A stretch of 63,773 nucleotides of DNA, filler included, from Octopus bimaculoides (GCF_001194135.2; 5 parts of 5 records of this genome joined end to end with filler, not necessarily neighbours in it); one strand, 5' to 3'. Counted from the first letter of the whole stretch, positions 36,226 to 49,949 are shown. Made by a program: numbers and translations. The notes: generated by a model not told the origin, from the sequence alone.

Positions 36226-36802
36226 ATCATCATCATGATCATCATCATTATTATTATTGTTGTTGCTGTTGTTGTTGTTAATATCATCATCATCATCATC
36301 ATCATCATTATCATTTTCACCCTCACCGCACCATAATTAGTGATTATTTCATCAATATTTTGGTAACTACCATGGAGTTTATATTTCCGCTGACAAGGAT
36401 TTAATCAAACCGAAGCCTTTCTACAGTTGTCTCCCTTAAATACCAACAGTAAGGTTAAAACAACGTCAGAGACTGACCTAATTTTGCTTTATCCTGCTGG
36501 TATGCTTAGTATCCAGCCGCAAGTATGTTTTATTTCTTACCTGTGTATATATACAGCACATGTGCTGATATGAAGATATGAATGTTCATCACATCTGACT
36601 CAATACGAACCAATGAGAAAGACTCTAGTTGATCCCTCAATCTGATAGAAATAGCAGCAATAATTTTCTAATTTTCCTTAAATCAGGTTCTACTTACAGG
36701 TGTATATTGAATAATATAGTACTCGATACATTGCACCCGTAAAAATAAAAGATGGAAAAGTCAAGTCTAAAGCGCTTTTTATCGCTGTCTACTCGATCAG
36801 AG

Positions 36803-37186
36803 TGGAGGCGCAACGGCCCAGTGGTTAGGGCAGTGGATTCTCGGTCATAGGATCGCGGTTTCGATTCCCAGACCGGGCGTTGTGAGTGTCTATTGAGCGA
36901 AAACACCTAAAAGCTCCACGAGGCTCCGGCAGGGGATGATGGTGAACCCTACTGTATTCTTTCATCACAACTTTCTCTCACTCTTACTTTCTGTTTCTGT
37001 TCTACCTGTAATTCAAAGGGCCAGCCTTGTCACACTGTGTCACGCTGAATCTCCCCGAGAACTACGTAAAGGGTACACGTGTCTGCGGAGTGCTCAGCCA
37101 CTTGCATGTTAATTTCACGAGCAGGCTGTTCCGTTGATAGGATCAACCGGAACCCTCATCGTCGTAAGTGACGGAGTGCCAACAAC
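36803..37186 (+). mobile_element. SINE-C, full length with ~11-bp TSD
   Basis: Colinear with 11427-11791 but retains 22 nt missing there. TSD actcgatcaga / actcgattaga. Confidence 0.93.
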
Positions 37187-37826
37187 TCGATTAGAACTGA
37201 CTTGTGATTAAACAGCATTGACAACAGCAATATCCCAATCTCTACGTTATCAACGTAGCCAACAACTACACTCAGTAGGAAACCATGTAAACGAAATCTG
37301 GTCAATCAAGCTGTTAAATAATTTCAAAGAGAATTTGCTTTATATTATCATTCATCTTCTGCGGATTCTCTCTTTCTACTTTGACCTTCGATAATCCCTC
37401 CAGATTTTTGTGAGAACACAAATTCTCTTGAGATATCCACATGTCGACCGCTTCACCTGGCATGTTCGAAAGGATGTCGATAGGAATTGTAAATGTATAG
37501 AAACATCCTATTTGATATCGTCTTTCGTTCTTACATATTTTAACCTTCACATTAATTTTTTTCCGGTATGTTATTCTTTACACTGGATTTGCCCTATTCT
37601 TTCTATGATTCTTAGGTTATCGTAAAAGACACCAAACGGAGCAGATAACTAGAAATACGAAGAGAAGCATATGATAAAAAAATAAACAAACTTTCTTGAA
37701 AGTAAATATGAAGTATATGTAAGATCTGAAAGTTTTCAGTGAAATCAATGGTGATCTAAATTTCAAAGTGTCTATGCTTTAGGCATATGTGCATCCTATG
37801 ACAGTTGAAATATTTTTCCATACGTC

Positions 37827-37857
<31 letters not shown>

Positions 37858-39861
37858 NNNNNNNNNNNNNNNNNNNNNNNNNNNNNNNNNNNNNNNNNNN
37901 NNNNNNNNNNNNNNNNNNNNNNNNNNNNNNNNNNNNNNNNNNNNNNNNNNNNNNNNNNNNNNNNNNNNNNNNNNNNNNNNNNNNNNNNNNNNNNNNNNNN
38001 NNNNNNNNNNNNNNNNNNNNNNNNNNNNNNNNNNNNNNNNNNNNNNNNNNNNNNNNNNNNNNNNNNNNNNNNNNNNNNNNNNNNNNNNNNNNNNNNNNNN
38101 NNNNNNNNNNNNNNNNNNNNNNNNNNNNNNNNNNNNNNNNNNNNNNNNNNNNNNNNNNNNNNNNNNNNNNNNNNNNNNNNNNNNNNNNNNNNNNNNNNNN
38201 NNNNNNNNNNNNNNNNNNNNNNNNNNNNNNNNNNNNNNNNNNNNNNNNNNNNNNNNNNNNNNNNNNNNNNNNNNNNNNNNNNNNNNNNNNNNNNNNNNNN
38301 NNNNNNNNNNNNNNNNNNNNNNNNNNNNNNNNNNNNNNNNNNNNNNNNNNNNNNNNNNNNNNNNNNNNNNNNNNNNNNNNNNTTTAAATAAAAATTACGC
38401 TTATACCTAGTCTAAAGTTAACAATATAATACATTCTTTCCTAAATGCCATGATTGCAGCTCGATTTCAATAACTGCTTCAGCAATATAAATACTCCAAC
38501 TTAACTTTCCCACCTGAAGTGCCTGACATTTGGATCTTCACCCTTAAAAATATACGAAAATTTTTCATATTGTTTGTTGCATACTTTTATTACAATTTAT
38601 GAGAAATAGTGTTATTGGTTACAGGTTTCCAACCAGCCAATCACTGGTTCACTTAAACTAGTTGTTGGACTTATTAGGATATATAAACGAACATAGGGAT
38701 ACGACCACGTTATTGTCTTTTTGTTTTGTTTTTTTGCTTTTGCTTTTTTTTTGCTTTTACAATTATTTCTTTATTTTGCATATCAGTTTTTATTTTTTAT
38801 ATATGTTTCCTTGTTTCCATATTGTTTATGATTATCAGATCATTTTGTCATAAGGTCTTGGCTGTTTTATTGGAGAAAGGGATTAAGACTGCTTACTTTC
38901 ATAACACCCATCCACCGTATAGAACTGTGAGGTCGATGCATTTGATATTCGATTTGAAGAAGTGAACTTTGCAAGATGGATAGATATGGAATCCCAAAAG
39001 GCCGACATTCTTGGTATGAAGGATTGGACGTAGTGACTAGTGCAGAATCTGGAATATACACAATCCGGCAGACGAGAGGAGGAAAGATGAATGATCAGAC
39101 AGAGCTACGTACACTGGCTCGGAATCATCCAGTTGCTACAAATATAGACCATTCTTGTAGATGTAGTAAAGGCAGAGGGAAAGGGAAGTGCGCACGTCGG
39201 TAAACCAAAGACAGGGCTGTGTTATTAAATACTCAACTCCATGCCAGTGAGGTAAAATATTGTTTAGAATGAGGTCTATTATTTCTGTATGTGTAATGAC
39301 AACAGTGTCTCAAAATGTGAAAAAGTACTCTATGTTGAGCTTCGCTTAACTTCGTATAGGGTGATTGTTGGCAGCTGAAGTGTGTTCTGAGCCTAAAGAG
39401 AAAGATTAGCCTTCTGACGTGGTCTTTGTTATGTCAAGAGTATGATATTGCCTGGAGAAAACAACAACAATAACCAGGATTAGAATTTGCTGTAATTCTG
39501 CGGCTTTAGTAGCGTGTTATTTGAGTTTAGAGGAATACAAAATTGTTCTCTTGATTAGTGTAGGAAACGGAACTGCGTACTGTTGAAAATGATAAGCTAT
39601 GTATCCATTGAAGAATATTTTCCTAGTCTCTGTTCAGTGAGCTCTCGTAGTTGCATGTACTTAACGCATGGTTACAGAACCTTAAGGAAGAGTAATGAGA
39701 GATATTTGAATATTACTCGGATTTGATGGCAAATAAATCGTTGTTTGAATAACAAAATTGAATTTTAGAAGTTCGCCCATAGAAAGTTTCATCAGTGCAA
39801 AGTGAGGATGTGCTTTCTAATAAGAGAACTCTGATGCATGAGATGAGACACAAATAGCGCT

Positions 39862-39896
39862 TATATAAAGGCAGTTTAGATCGGGATATTCATATT
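39862..39896 (+). promoter_or_regulatory. Candidate Pol II core promoter (TATA plus Inr)
   Basis: TATATAAAG at 39862; YYANWYY match TCATATT with the A at 39892, 30 nt downstream. Motifs only. Confidence 0.25.
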
Positions 39897-40249
39897 CTAG
39901 ACACGGCTGAGTAGCATCAGCGGCAGCAGCGGTAGTAGTAGTAGTAGTTGTTGTTGTTGTTGTTACTCTTTTTACTATAGTTGTTGTTTTGTTGCAGCAG
40001 CAAACATTTTACGTTCGAATTTATTGATCCCTTCATTCTATTTCCTTTGCGTAATTTTAATAATGAATATATTTAATTTAATTAAATTTTACAAGATAAT
40101 TTTTCTACGAATCAAGTAGAATTGCAAATAATGGGGAATGTTCTGTAATTAATAGCAAATGAAAAATAAAAATGTGATTCATACAATCATTTCCGAACAA
40201 AGCAGTGAGAGCTTATGAAATAGAGAGAATGCAGAGGGAATATTAGTCT

Positions 40250-40410
40250 CAAATTCTGGCACACGGCCAGCAATTTAGAGGGAAAGAGGTAAGCCGATTA
40301 CCTCGACCCCGGCGTGTAAATGATACCCATTTTATCGAAACCGAAAGGATGGAAGGCAGAGTCGACCGCGGTGGAATTTCAACTCATAATGTTAAGACGG
40401 GCGAAAAGTT
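40250..40410 (-). mobile_element. SINE-B
   Basis: aaattctggcacacggccagcaattt...tcgacccc...ttttatcga...aaggatg.aaggcagagtcgacc.cgg.ggaattt.aactca. Confidence 0.8.
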
Positions 40411-40671
40411 TCCCTAACCTAAAATATTCACGTCACCAACAAGCGTGGTGACAACCTGGATCAAAATGGCATTGGTATGTCTATCTTTGATGAATATGTA
40501 CTGCGACTGAACCAACTAAATGCACATAAGTGCTACATTAAGGGATATTAGGATATTTGTCCAGCAGAAACTCGTGTCGAATTGAAATCAAATGTGAATT
40601 TAATTAGAATAGTACTGTAATAAACAAGCTTTGAAGATGTATGATTGTACATTCATTTTTATACTGTCTAG

Positions 40672-40673
<2 letters not shown>

Positions 40674-40724
<51 letters not shown>
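40674..40724. repeat. (GATA)n array
   Basis: Directly visible. Confidence 0.97.
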
Positions 40725-40725
<1 letters not shown>

Positions 40726-41767
40726 CGAGGGGATAGTGAATAGATTCTAGCTTCAAGGGTATAACGAAAGGCGCAAACTTACAACTTGTTTTACGTGGCT
40801 TGTAATCAGAGAGGGGAATATGTTGAATAAAATTATAATGAACTGAACCTCCTCCTGTCTGTATTTCCTTTTACACAAAGTCAGAGATTTGATACATGTA
40901 TGTATGTATGTATGCATGTATGTATGTATATATGTATATGTGCGTATGTGTGTGTGGTATGTGTCTGTGTGGGTGTGAGAGTGTAGATGCACACAAACAC
41001 ACATATANNNNNNNNNNNNNNNNNNNNNNNNNNNNNNNNNNNNNNNNNNNNNNNNNNNNNNNNNNNNNNNNNNNNNNNNNNNNNNNNNNNNNNNNNNNNN
41101 NNNNNNNNNNNNNNNNNNNNNNNNNNNNNNNNNNNNNNNNNNNNNNNNNNNNNNNNNNNNNNNNNNNNNNNNNNNNNNNNNNNNNNNNNNNNNNNNNNNN
41201 NNNNNNNNNNNNNNNNNNNNNNNNNNNNNNNNNNNNNNNNNNNNNNNNNNNNNNNNNNNNNNNNNNNNNNNNNNNNNNNNNNNNNNNNNNNNNNNNNNNN
41301 NNNNNNNNNNNNNNNNNNNNNNNNNNNNNNNNNNNNNNNNNNNNNNNNNNNNNNNNNNNNNNNNNNNNNNNNNNNNNNNNNNNNNNNNNNNNNNNNNNNN
41401 NNNNNNNNNNNNNNNNNNNNNNNNNNNNNNNNNNNNNNNNNNNNNNNNNNNNNNNNNNNNNNNNNNNNNNNNNNNNNNNNNNNNNNNNNNNNNNNNNNNN
41501 NNNNNNNNNNNNNNNNNNNNNNNNNNNNNNNNNNNNNNNNNNNNNNNNNNNNNNNNNNNNNNNNNNNNNNNNNNNNNNNNNNNNNNNNNNNNNNNNNNNN
41601 NNNNNNNNNNNNNNNNNNNNNNNNNNNNNNNNNNNNNNNNNNNNNNNNNNNNNNNNNNNNNNNNNNNNNNNNNNNNNNNNNNNNNNNNNNNNNNNNNNNN
41701 NNNNNNNNNNNNNNNNNNNNNNNNNNNNNNNNNNNNNNNNNNNNNNNNTACAAACATGCATGCATGC

Positions 41768-41798
<31 letters not shown>

Positions 41799-43051
41799 CA
41801 TACATACATACCGAATGTAGATCGAATACCGAATATTTCGCTTCTTCGTGACCTACTTGACCTAAATACATTTGATGTAGGCTGAGACTTATGATATTGT
41901 TTTGTCTCCATCGGAAACAAATATAAATTATACTTACAAAGTAGGTATTCACTGTCTATCTCATCAACAAAAATCTATGCTCTTGTCATTAAACAAGAAA
42001 AACCTTTTTTTTTTTAATACAGAATGTTATCTATAAATTTTCATAAACTGTGACTCATATATGTATAGTTTATATCCACGTCCGTGTGTGTTATGTACGT
42101 GTATATGTGTGTATGTATTTACATATGAATATATGCATATACACCTCATTAGAGAGATAGAGGGAGATAGAATGAGAGTAAAACATACATATTTATATGT
42201 GTTTATGCTTGTGTGTATGTTAGTATGTTCGCGTGCGCGAACGTTTTGTTTCCTTACGTGGGTGTTCTGTTCTGATTTTATTGTTCAAATGAGTTTTAAC
42301 TCTACTTACTAATAATTCGAATTGTTCATTGAAAATTTAAATAAGCAAAACTGTACGAACGGTTTCTAGGAATATATAAATAATTCGATATTGTTATGTC
42401 TCCCTGGTTTGTTTTTCTTTGTTGCTCGTTCTCCGCCTCAACATATTTTTTTCTCGCTATGTATGCACGGATGTCTGAATAGGTTTGTATGTACATGTGT
42501 ATGCGCGTGTGAGATGTTTGAGTGCGTATAGACAAACAAACACATACACACACACACACTCATATATCTATGTGAATGTGTGTGTGTGTGTGTGTGTGTG
42601 TGTTTCTGTGTGTTATAAGAATGTGGATTTCTAGTGTGAGCGGCACATTAATACATGAGTAAAGGAATGGGTCGTTGATACAAATTGCATGGCCACTGGA
42701 TTGACCTGATATATTATTAGTATAAATGTGCTCCCGTTGACTTGCGTTCCTTATGAGTGGCAGACACTTTGTAAACACTTTGCTCTTTTTCTCTTATGCC
42801 CCTCCTGTCTTCTTTTCCTTGAAGAAAAAGGCTGTCAGAAAAGTTGGACACTCTAGTTTTCTTGGCAATTTCATGCCACATTTTCTGCCAGTTTTTTCCT
42901 GTTCTTACTGATGCAAACCACCAATGATCTCCTTAGATTTTCTTTTATTTGATAATTCTTTAGAGTGCAATTTAAATTGCTTAACATACGAATTTAACCG
43001 ATATTTAGGAACCCATTTGCAAATATATATATTTTATATATCATATATCAT

Positions 43052-43213
43052 GCATTGGTTGTGTGGTAAGTAGCTTGCTTACCAACCACATGGTTCTGGG
43101 TTCAGTCCAACTGCGTGGCACCTTGGGCAAGTGTCATCTACTATAGCCTCGGGCTGACCAAAACCTTGTGAGTGGATTTGGTAGACGGAAACTGAAAGCA
43201 GCACGTCGTGTAA

Positions 43214-43280
<67 letters not shown>

Positions 43281-43543
43281 NNNNNNNNNNNNNNNNNNNN
43301 NNNNNNNNNNNNNNNNNNNNNNNNNNNNNNNNNNNNNNNNNNNNNNNNNNNNNNNNNNNNNNNNNNNNNNNTGGTGTGTTTACGTCCCCGTAATTTAGCG
43401 GTTCGGCAAAAGAGACTGATAGAATAAGTACTAGGCTTACAAACAATAAGTTCTGGGGTCGATTTGTTCGACTAAAGGCAGTGCTCCAGCATGGCCACAG
43501 TCAAATTACTAAAACAAATAAAAGAATAAAAGAATAAAAGAAT
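43052..43543 (+). mobile_element. SINE-A, full length, internal microsatellite collapsed into an N gap
   Basis: Head with gggttcagtcc B box and gtggcaccttgggcaagtg, then (TA)n(TG)n, gap, 3' module and (TAAAAGAA)n tail. Confidence 0.93.
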
Positions 43544-44789
43544 ATATATTCGCTTTGTAAACTTGTGTGTACATGTATGTATGTATGTGTGTGTGTGTGT
43601 ATGAATACATGCGCGCTAGCACAAGCTAAATATGCGTGTGTGCGCGAACCTGTTGGTAATAAGCGTCAGACTAAGGTTTGGTGATGTGAGGGAGAGAAGG
43701 AAGGAGAGGTATGCGTATATGGGTGTGTGTATGTGTGCATGTGTGTGTGTGCGGGTGTAACACGCACACGAAAATCCCAAACCCGTACATACATACATGC
43801 ATATATTATTCACACATGCGCACATATACACTAGACAAAAAACATGCCCTCACCCATATATATTCTCCAGACAAACATCCATTCACGCAAACACGCATGC
43901 AGCCATTCGTATATACGCACAAACGTACAAATCCACATGTATGTGTCTGTCTATGTATGTATGTATGTATGTATGTATGTAGCAATTGCTTTTGTGTAGA
44001 TTTCTAAATTACATGTTCTCTAACTGACAGGTTGTGCAAATCAGACACTTCAATCCCCTCCACTCCCACCGCTAAAAGAAAAATGGTTGGAATCCTTGCT
44101 ATCTACGCTAGGTTCTGCCTCTTGTATCTTTGAGTCTGCTTTTAAGCACACAAAAAAATGCTAGAGAAATACACTTATATGAAGTTAGCAGCTTGCCCAA
44201 ACTATTCTTTTCGTATCAAGCTGACGAAAGCTGACCTCAGTTGCAGAGAATTTTCATGTAGTTTTCCGAATTTATCACATATTTGCCAAGTCTGTCTCTT
44301 AACCATTTTTAATTTGGCGCTTTTCTTTTTTTTCTTTTTTTGTTAAAACCTGTTCCATTTCTATCACCCTGTGATGGGATTTGTGATAGCTATCTTTCAA
44401 CCCGCGTATGGTGTAAATAACATACAATTCTCAGTGTTAAGTACAAAGACTCTAAAATAGGTAAAAAAAATCTCGAACGATTGCTTTGGATTCCATTGTA
44501 GCACGACTCTCGTGTTTACATATGTCGGTTCGACTTATTTTCTGTCTGAACAGTTTTTAACCCAATATTTACAAGTATTTACTTCAATTCAACCGTTAAA
44601 GAATCGAATTATTTAACGTTCTCCTGAAATTTCTACATCGTTATGATGTACACCACACGTTAAGTATTTTTATTTGGTATTATGATGTCGCTTTTGCTTC
44701 ATTTTAAAAACGTTAAGAAAATTACTTCACTGTAATTTATAGAAACTATATAAAATCTTGCACTGGTGGTGATTCTCATATTCAACTCC

Positions 44790-44916
44790 ACTGAGCCTCG
44801 TGGAGCTTTTAGGTGTTTTTGCTGAATAAACACACACAACGCCCGGTCTGGGAATCGAAACCACGATCCTCCGACCGCGAGTCCGCTGCCCTAACCGCTG
44901 GGCCATTGCGCCTCCA
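44790..44916 (-). mobile_element. SINE-C, head-only fragment
   Basis: Reverse complement of 36803-36930 (tggaggcgcaatggcccagcggttaggg...aaagctccacgaggctc). Confidence 0.9.
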
Positions 44917-45170
44917 CAACAAATGCGCCCTTTTGATGCCTAGCCAGGTTCATGGGCCTGGTTTACCGGTTTCAATGGCGTATGTGTTCCCCAGCTGGAC
45001 GGGATGCCAGTCCATTACAGCATTACTCATTTTTGCCAGCTGAGTGGACTGGAGCAACGTGAAATGAAGTGTTTTGCTCAAGAACAAAACGCGACGCCCG
45101 GTCCAGAAAACGAAACCACGATCTTCCGATCATGATGCTGACAACCTAACCACTAGGCCATGCGCCTCCA
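44917..45170 (-). mobile_element. SINE-D, full length (V-domain-like body)
   Basis: Head tggaggcgcatggcctagtggttagg; body ttcttgagcaaaacacttca...atggactggcatcccgtccag; tail aaaagggcgcatttgttg. Confidence 0.8.
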
Positions 45171-45309
45171 CATTGCAACTCCACTACTGAATGCAAAAGA
45201 CGTTTTGTTTATTTCAGACTTCCTCAGGTCCGCTTATTCTAATTGATTGTAATTTTCCTGAGAAATAATTTTACTTTTAGGGTATATGCATACAATTTTT
45301 CTCTCTACA

Positions 45310-45612
45310 TGGAGGCGACAAGCTGGTAGAATCTTGAGCATGCCGGGAAAAATGCTCAACGGCATTTTGTCCGTCCTTACGTTCTGAGATCAAATTCCGC
45401 TGAGGTCGACTTTGCCTTTCATCCTTTTGGGGTCGATAAATTAAGTACCAGATGAACACCGGGATCGATGTAATCGACATTCCGAACCTGCTGGACTTGT
45501 GCCGAAATACGAAATCAATATTTCTCCTAATATGAAGGCAGTGGGATCGATGTAATCGACTTAATCCTTCCCCGAAATTGCTGGCTTTGTACTAAAATTT
45601 GAAACCAGTATA
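45310..45612 (+). mobile_element. SINE-B with duplicated 3' end
   Basis: gggatcgatgtaatcgac plus tail occurs twice (~45461 and ~45543). Confidence 0.88.
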
Positions 45613-46211
45613 TCACTCAACAGATTTCGATTTATTTGTATTGCCAAATATCATCGGTGCTCGTATGCATGTACTGGGTTGTAAGATATATCCACTCGTT
45701 TCCCCCACCCCTTTATTTTAAACCCATTTCAATGTCATTTGAATCAACGTGAAATATATCTTTATCGTAATATTCTATGGCTTTGAGTAACTTTACACTT
45801 CCGCTTCAGCTTTTGTATACCTTTTTTGAAAATTTGAATAAATTTTACCTCTTATCAAACATATGACAATGCAGAGCCAAGTTGAAAAGGATAATGAATC
45901 TATTCCAGTCTAAGTTTGGATTCGAAATGTGTCCGTCAACAGAATATACACATTCACCGATGTGTCAGCGACCTGTAGAGATAGCAATCAAATCACTCTG
46001 AAATAATATCCTATGTGGGAAGGAAGCATCGAATAATTTAGTTTTAATTACATAGATACACTATAGACTAATCGAACAGTCAGAGCCACACTGCACTTCA
46101 TCGTAGATCGATCAGAAATTACATCAGTCTAAACAACATCGACATCGGAAATAGAACTGTTCATAAAGTATTGTGAATAAAAATATTGTAAATACTTACT
46201 CTAAGAAAATT

Positions 46212-46469
<258 letters not shown>

Positions 46470-48021
46470 GAAATGCCTTGCGGTATTAAACACGCCCCTT
46501 TATATTCTGAATTCAAATCCAAGAAAAGAATATATGTGATTTTGTGCTAATGTTAGAAATCAATATTTCAAAAAGTTCTAATCTTTATAACAATACGTCT
46601 CAAAAATTTCGACATTTAGGAAAGTAGCTAATCTCTGATAATATGTATGTGACAGATCTTTCAAACGTAAAAACCAGAAGATATCGGATTGATTTCAAGA
46701 CACTCGGCCGCGTATACATATCAAACGAATGTTATAGCCTTTGTTTCGGTGATATAAGAAAATCTATTAAGTTATTTTCTTGGTATTTTAAAAATAACCT
46801 ACGCTTGGGGAAGGCTATCGGTGATGAAATAGCGTTTTGTACAAATCATGATTTTTCACACGAGTACTCTCACTCTCACCCCCTCACTATCCCTCTTTCT
46901 TTCTCTCTGTTTCAGTCTCTTACTCTCTCACACTCTCTATCTTCCCTTTCTCTCTCTGTATATGCATATNNNNNNNNNNNNNNNNNNNNNNNNNNNNNNN
47001 NNNNNNNNNNNNNNNNNNNNNNNNNNNNNNNNNNNNNNNNNNNNNNNNNNNNNNNNNNNNNNNNNNNNNNNNNNNNNNNNNNNNNNNNNNNNNNNNNNNN
47101 NNNNNNNNNNNNNNNNNNNNNNNNNNNNNNNNNNNNNNNNNNNNNNNNNNNNNNNNNNNNNNNNNNNNNNNNNNNNNNNNNNNNNNNNNNNNNNNNNNNN
47201 NNNTATATATATATATATATGCATGTATGCATGTATACATGCAAACAGAAGGAAAGCAAAGACTGAAGATTTTCAGATGAATATTTCAGTATATTTAAAC
47301 TGATCGCTACTCTTTAACCCGAGGAATTGGTCCTTCGTAAAGACCTTTGCAGACTAAAATAAGTACCAGTTGAGCTGGCCTTGTGCCAAAATTTGAAACA
47401 AATATTTTGTTACGATCCTTTAAGTTCTGAGTTCATATCACGCGGATGTTACGTTTGCTATTTATGCCTCACGGGATCGATAAACCAGTCAAATATTGAA
47501 GCCAGTTTAATTGTGGTTGTTAGAAATGTTACTCTTATTATTATTCAGTTGTATTGCATGAAGGCACTCTCTCTTTCTTTCTCTCTCTCTCTCTATCCGA
47601 TACTGTATTTAAAGTGTCACCAGATTATATCTTCGGAGAACTTGCCAAAAGAGAGTATGTCGTTATCTGAAGAATGTCCTCTATACTCGGTATTTGGCAG
47701 TCAAGGTTACTTTAGACAGACTTTATTTTAATTGCTTACATGTATTGACCATATTTTATGTTCAAAATGTTACCAATCTCAGCGACCACAGAGATCGAAA
47801 TTCTACACCATGATGAAAAAGACGCCACAAAAACAAATTACTCCATATGAAAGACGAACGGAATACACAATTTTTTGTAAGCTAAATAGATAGTATATTT
47901 CGGACAGTCTCACAAAACAAAAAATTAAAAATACAGATAACAACAACAACACTCACGTCTGAAATAAATATTTCTGCTATAGGTACAAGATCAGAAATTA
48001 TGGAGATGGCAGTAGTTGCAC

Positions 48022-48128
48022 GATTAAAGATGATGGCCTTGCATGGATGCTTTCATACTAGAAATAACATAGCAAAGATTTACTTAAGCAGGAAAGAATC
48101 TGGAAGCGGATTGGCTGAAAAGGGGATA
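48022..48128 (+). mobile_element. Isolated R4-type RT internal fragment
   Basis: KMMALHGCFHTRNNIAKIYLSRKESGSGLAEKG; nucleotide-similar to 50692-50797. Confidence 0.85.
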
Positions 48129-48270
48129 CTGGTATTCAACTGGTACTTATTTAATCGATTCCGAAGGATGAAAGGCAAAGTCGACCTAGGCGGAATTTGA
48201 ACCGAGTCGTAAAAGATGCCACGCGTTAAGCATTGTGTCCGGCGCAGTAACGACTGTGCCAATACAAACA
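48129..48270 (-). mobile_element. SINE-B lacking its 3' tail
   Basis: caactggtacttattt.atcga..ccgaaggatgaaaggcaaagtcgacct.ggcggaatttgaacc. Confidence 0.85.
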
Positions 48271-48788
48271 ATTTGGCTGCCAAGAAAGCATATTCGCTTT
48301 CACTACACTTGAAATAAGAGTTAACTTTCTCTAAAATTATACATTATAATCTTATGATAAAAATATAAGATGCTCAAAACTGGAATGTCTTCCGTCACAG
48401 ATTTACTAAATCAAAAACAAACAAAAGAGAAAAAGCCAAGGAAAACAATAATAACAATAACAACGTTAAAGTCACAGTATACAAATGTCAAATATCCGAA
48501 GTTTAAATTTCTTGAAAAACAAGGGAGACACTTATTGATTTTTAGTTTTCTGTATAAGTGATATAAAGAAATGTGCCGTTTGCTAAATATGTACAAGATA
48601 ACTAAAGAAATTTTCTTAATTTCACGTCGTTGTCTGATCTTTACCACCGGGAAACTTGTCAATCATTCAGTGACGCCTGCATATTCTCCTGTTGATAAAT
48701 AACTGAATAAATATTCAATCTACCGTAGCTCAACCACGTAAACTGACATAAGAATGCGTGTTTAAATATATATACGTGTGTGTGTGCA

Positions 48789-48893
<105 letters not shown>

Positions 48894-49949
48894 TCTGTAT
48901 TTAATCATGTCAATTTTTCCTCTGAAGAAGGTGCTGGTTTCTAACAAAGATACAAAGCTCCATCTTTGGAATGTAGATAACAGAAACAATGTTACATTTT
49001 AAACTTGAAGAAAGTCTTCCATAGTTTTACTGTTCCGCCTAAAGATTGTATTTGCAATGTGCGAATCGGTTGATTTCTTTTTCTGAAAATCCAACCTTAT
49101 CCAGACTGACAGTTAAGCATGTATTCAATACTTACGAAACCAAATTGCTGCAATTATCATTAGTATAAACGTAAAGCTGGAGGTTTCGAAGCAGTTGTCG
49201 AGTTACCTTCTTTCTGTTTGATTTCCAGAGAGATATTCTCATCAGCAGGACACCTGACCTTTATGACGATACATACTTTTTCTTGCTGTCCCAAACAACA
49301 ATATCCGGCCGGTTATGTTACACTTGGTAGATATTTTGATGGGACTGTTCCACATGCACTTTTTGTGCTGATATTTGTGTATTTATTTGGTAACAAAGAA
49401 TTCTCTATATTTATTCCAAAGCAGTCAATTACAGAATGGTTTTGTATATTGCTTTTGCGACATCTTCATGTTGCATAGGTTGTAACTTGATGACAAAATT
49501 TGGGGCAACTGCTAATCACGTGATGTCTTCTACAAAAAATATGAAATAATCAAGGTTAGAGCTGCCTCTTGGTACTCCAAGGGATTCACTGTCATCATTA
49601 GGTATTTTGTAGTAATCTCCTGTTCTTGGAAGTGTGATGTGACGCAGCGGTCACGAGCACAAGAGAGACTTTTTTTCATGTCAGTATTACTATCTTCTTC
49701 AAGTCTACAAGAAGAATACCCATGCATGGTCCTTTTCTTCTTTTTTTTTTCTTTTTTGGTATGCTGAGTGTTTCACCTCTAGGTCTTCTATGAGGTATGC
49801 TAGTCCTGGTAATTGAAGGTCCTTTGGAAGGTCATCAGGAAGAAAGTATTTCGTGATGAGCTCACTTCCAGCACGTAAGATATTGTTTCCTTTACTTTAC
49901 AGCATTATGTTAATGTATTTATTTTTGCTAACGATTCTGTATTTATTTT

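Noticed and set aside
40724-40790. TACGAGGGG start resembling a mariner TIR in the (GATA)n edge
   Set aside because: No partner TIR or transposase sequence; too short to support.
49500-49940. Possible 5' inversion of the R4 element
   Set aside because: Neither strand gave recognisable R4 motifs, so it is left unassigned.
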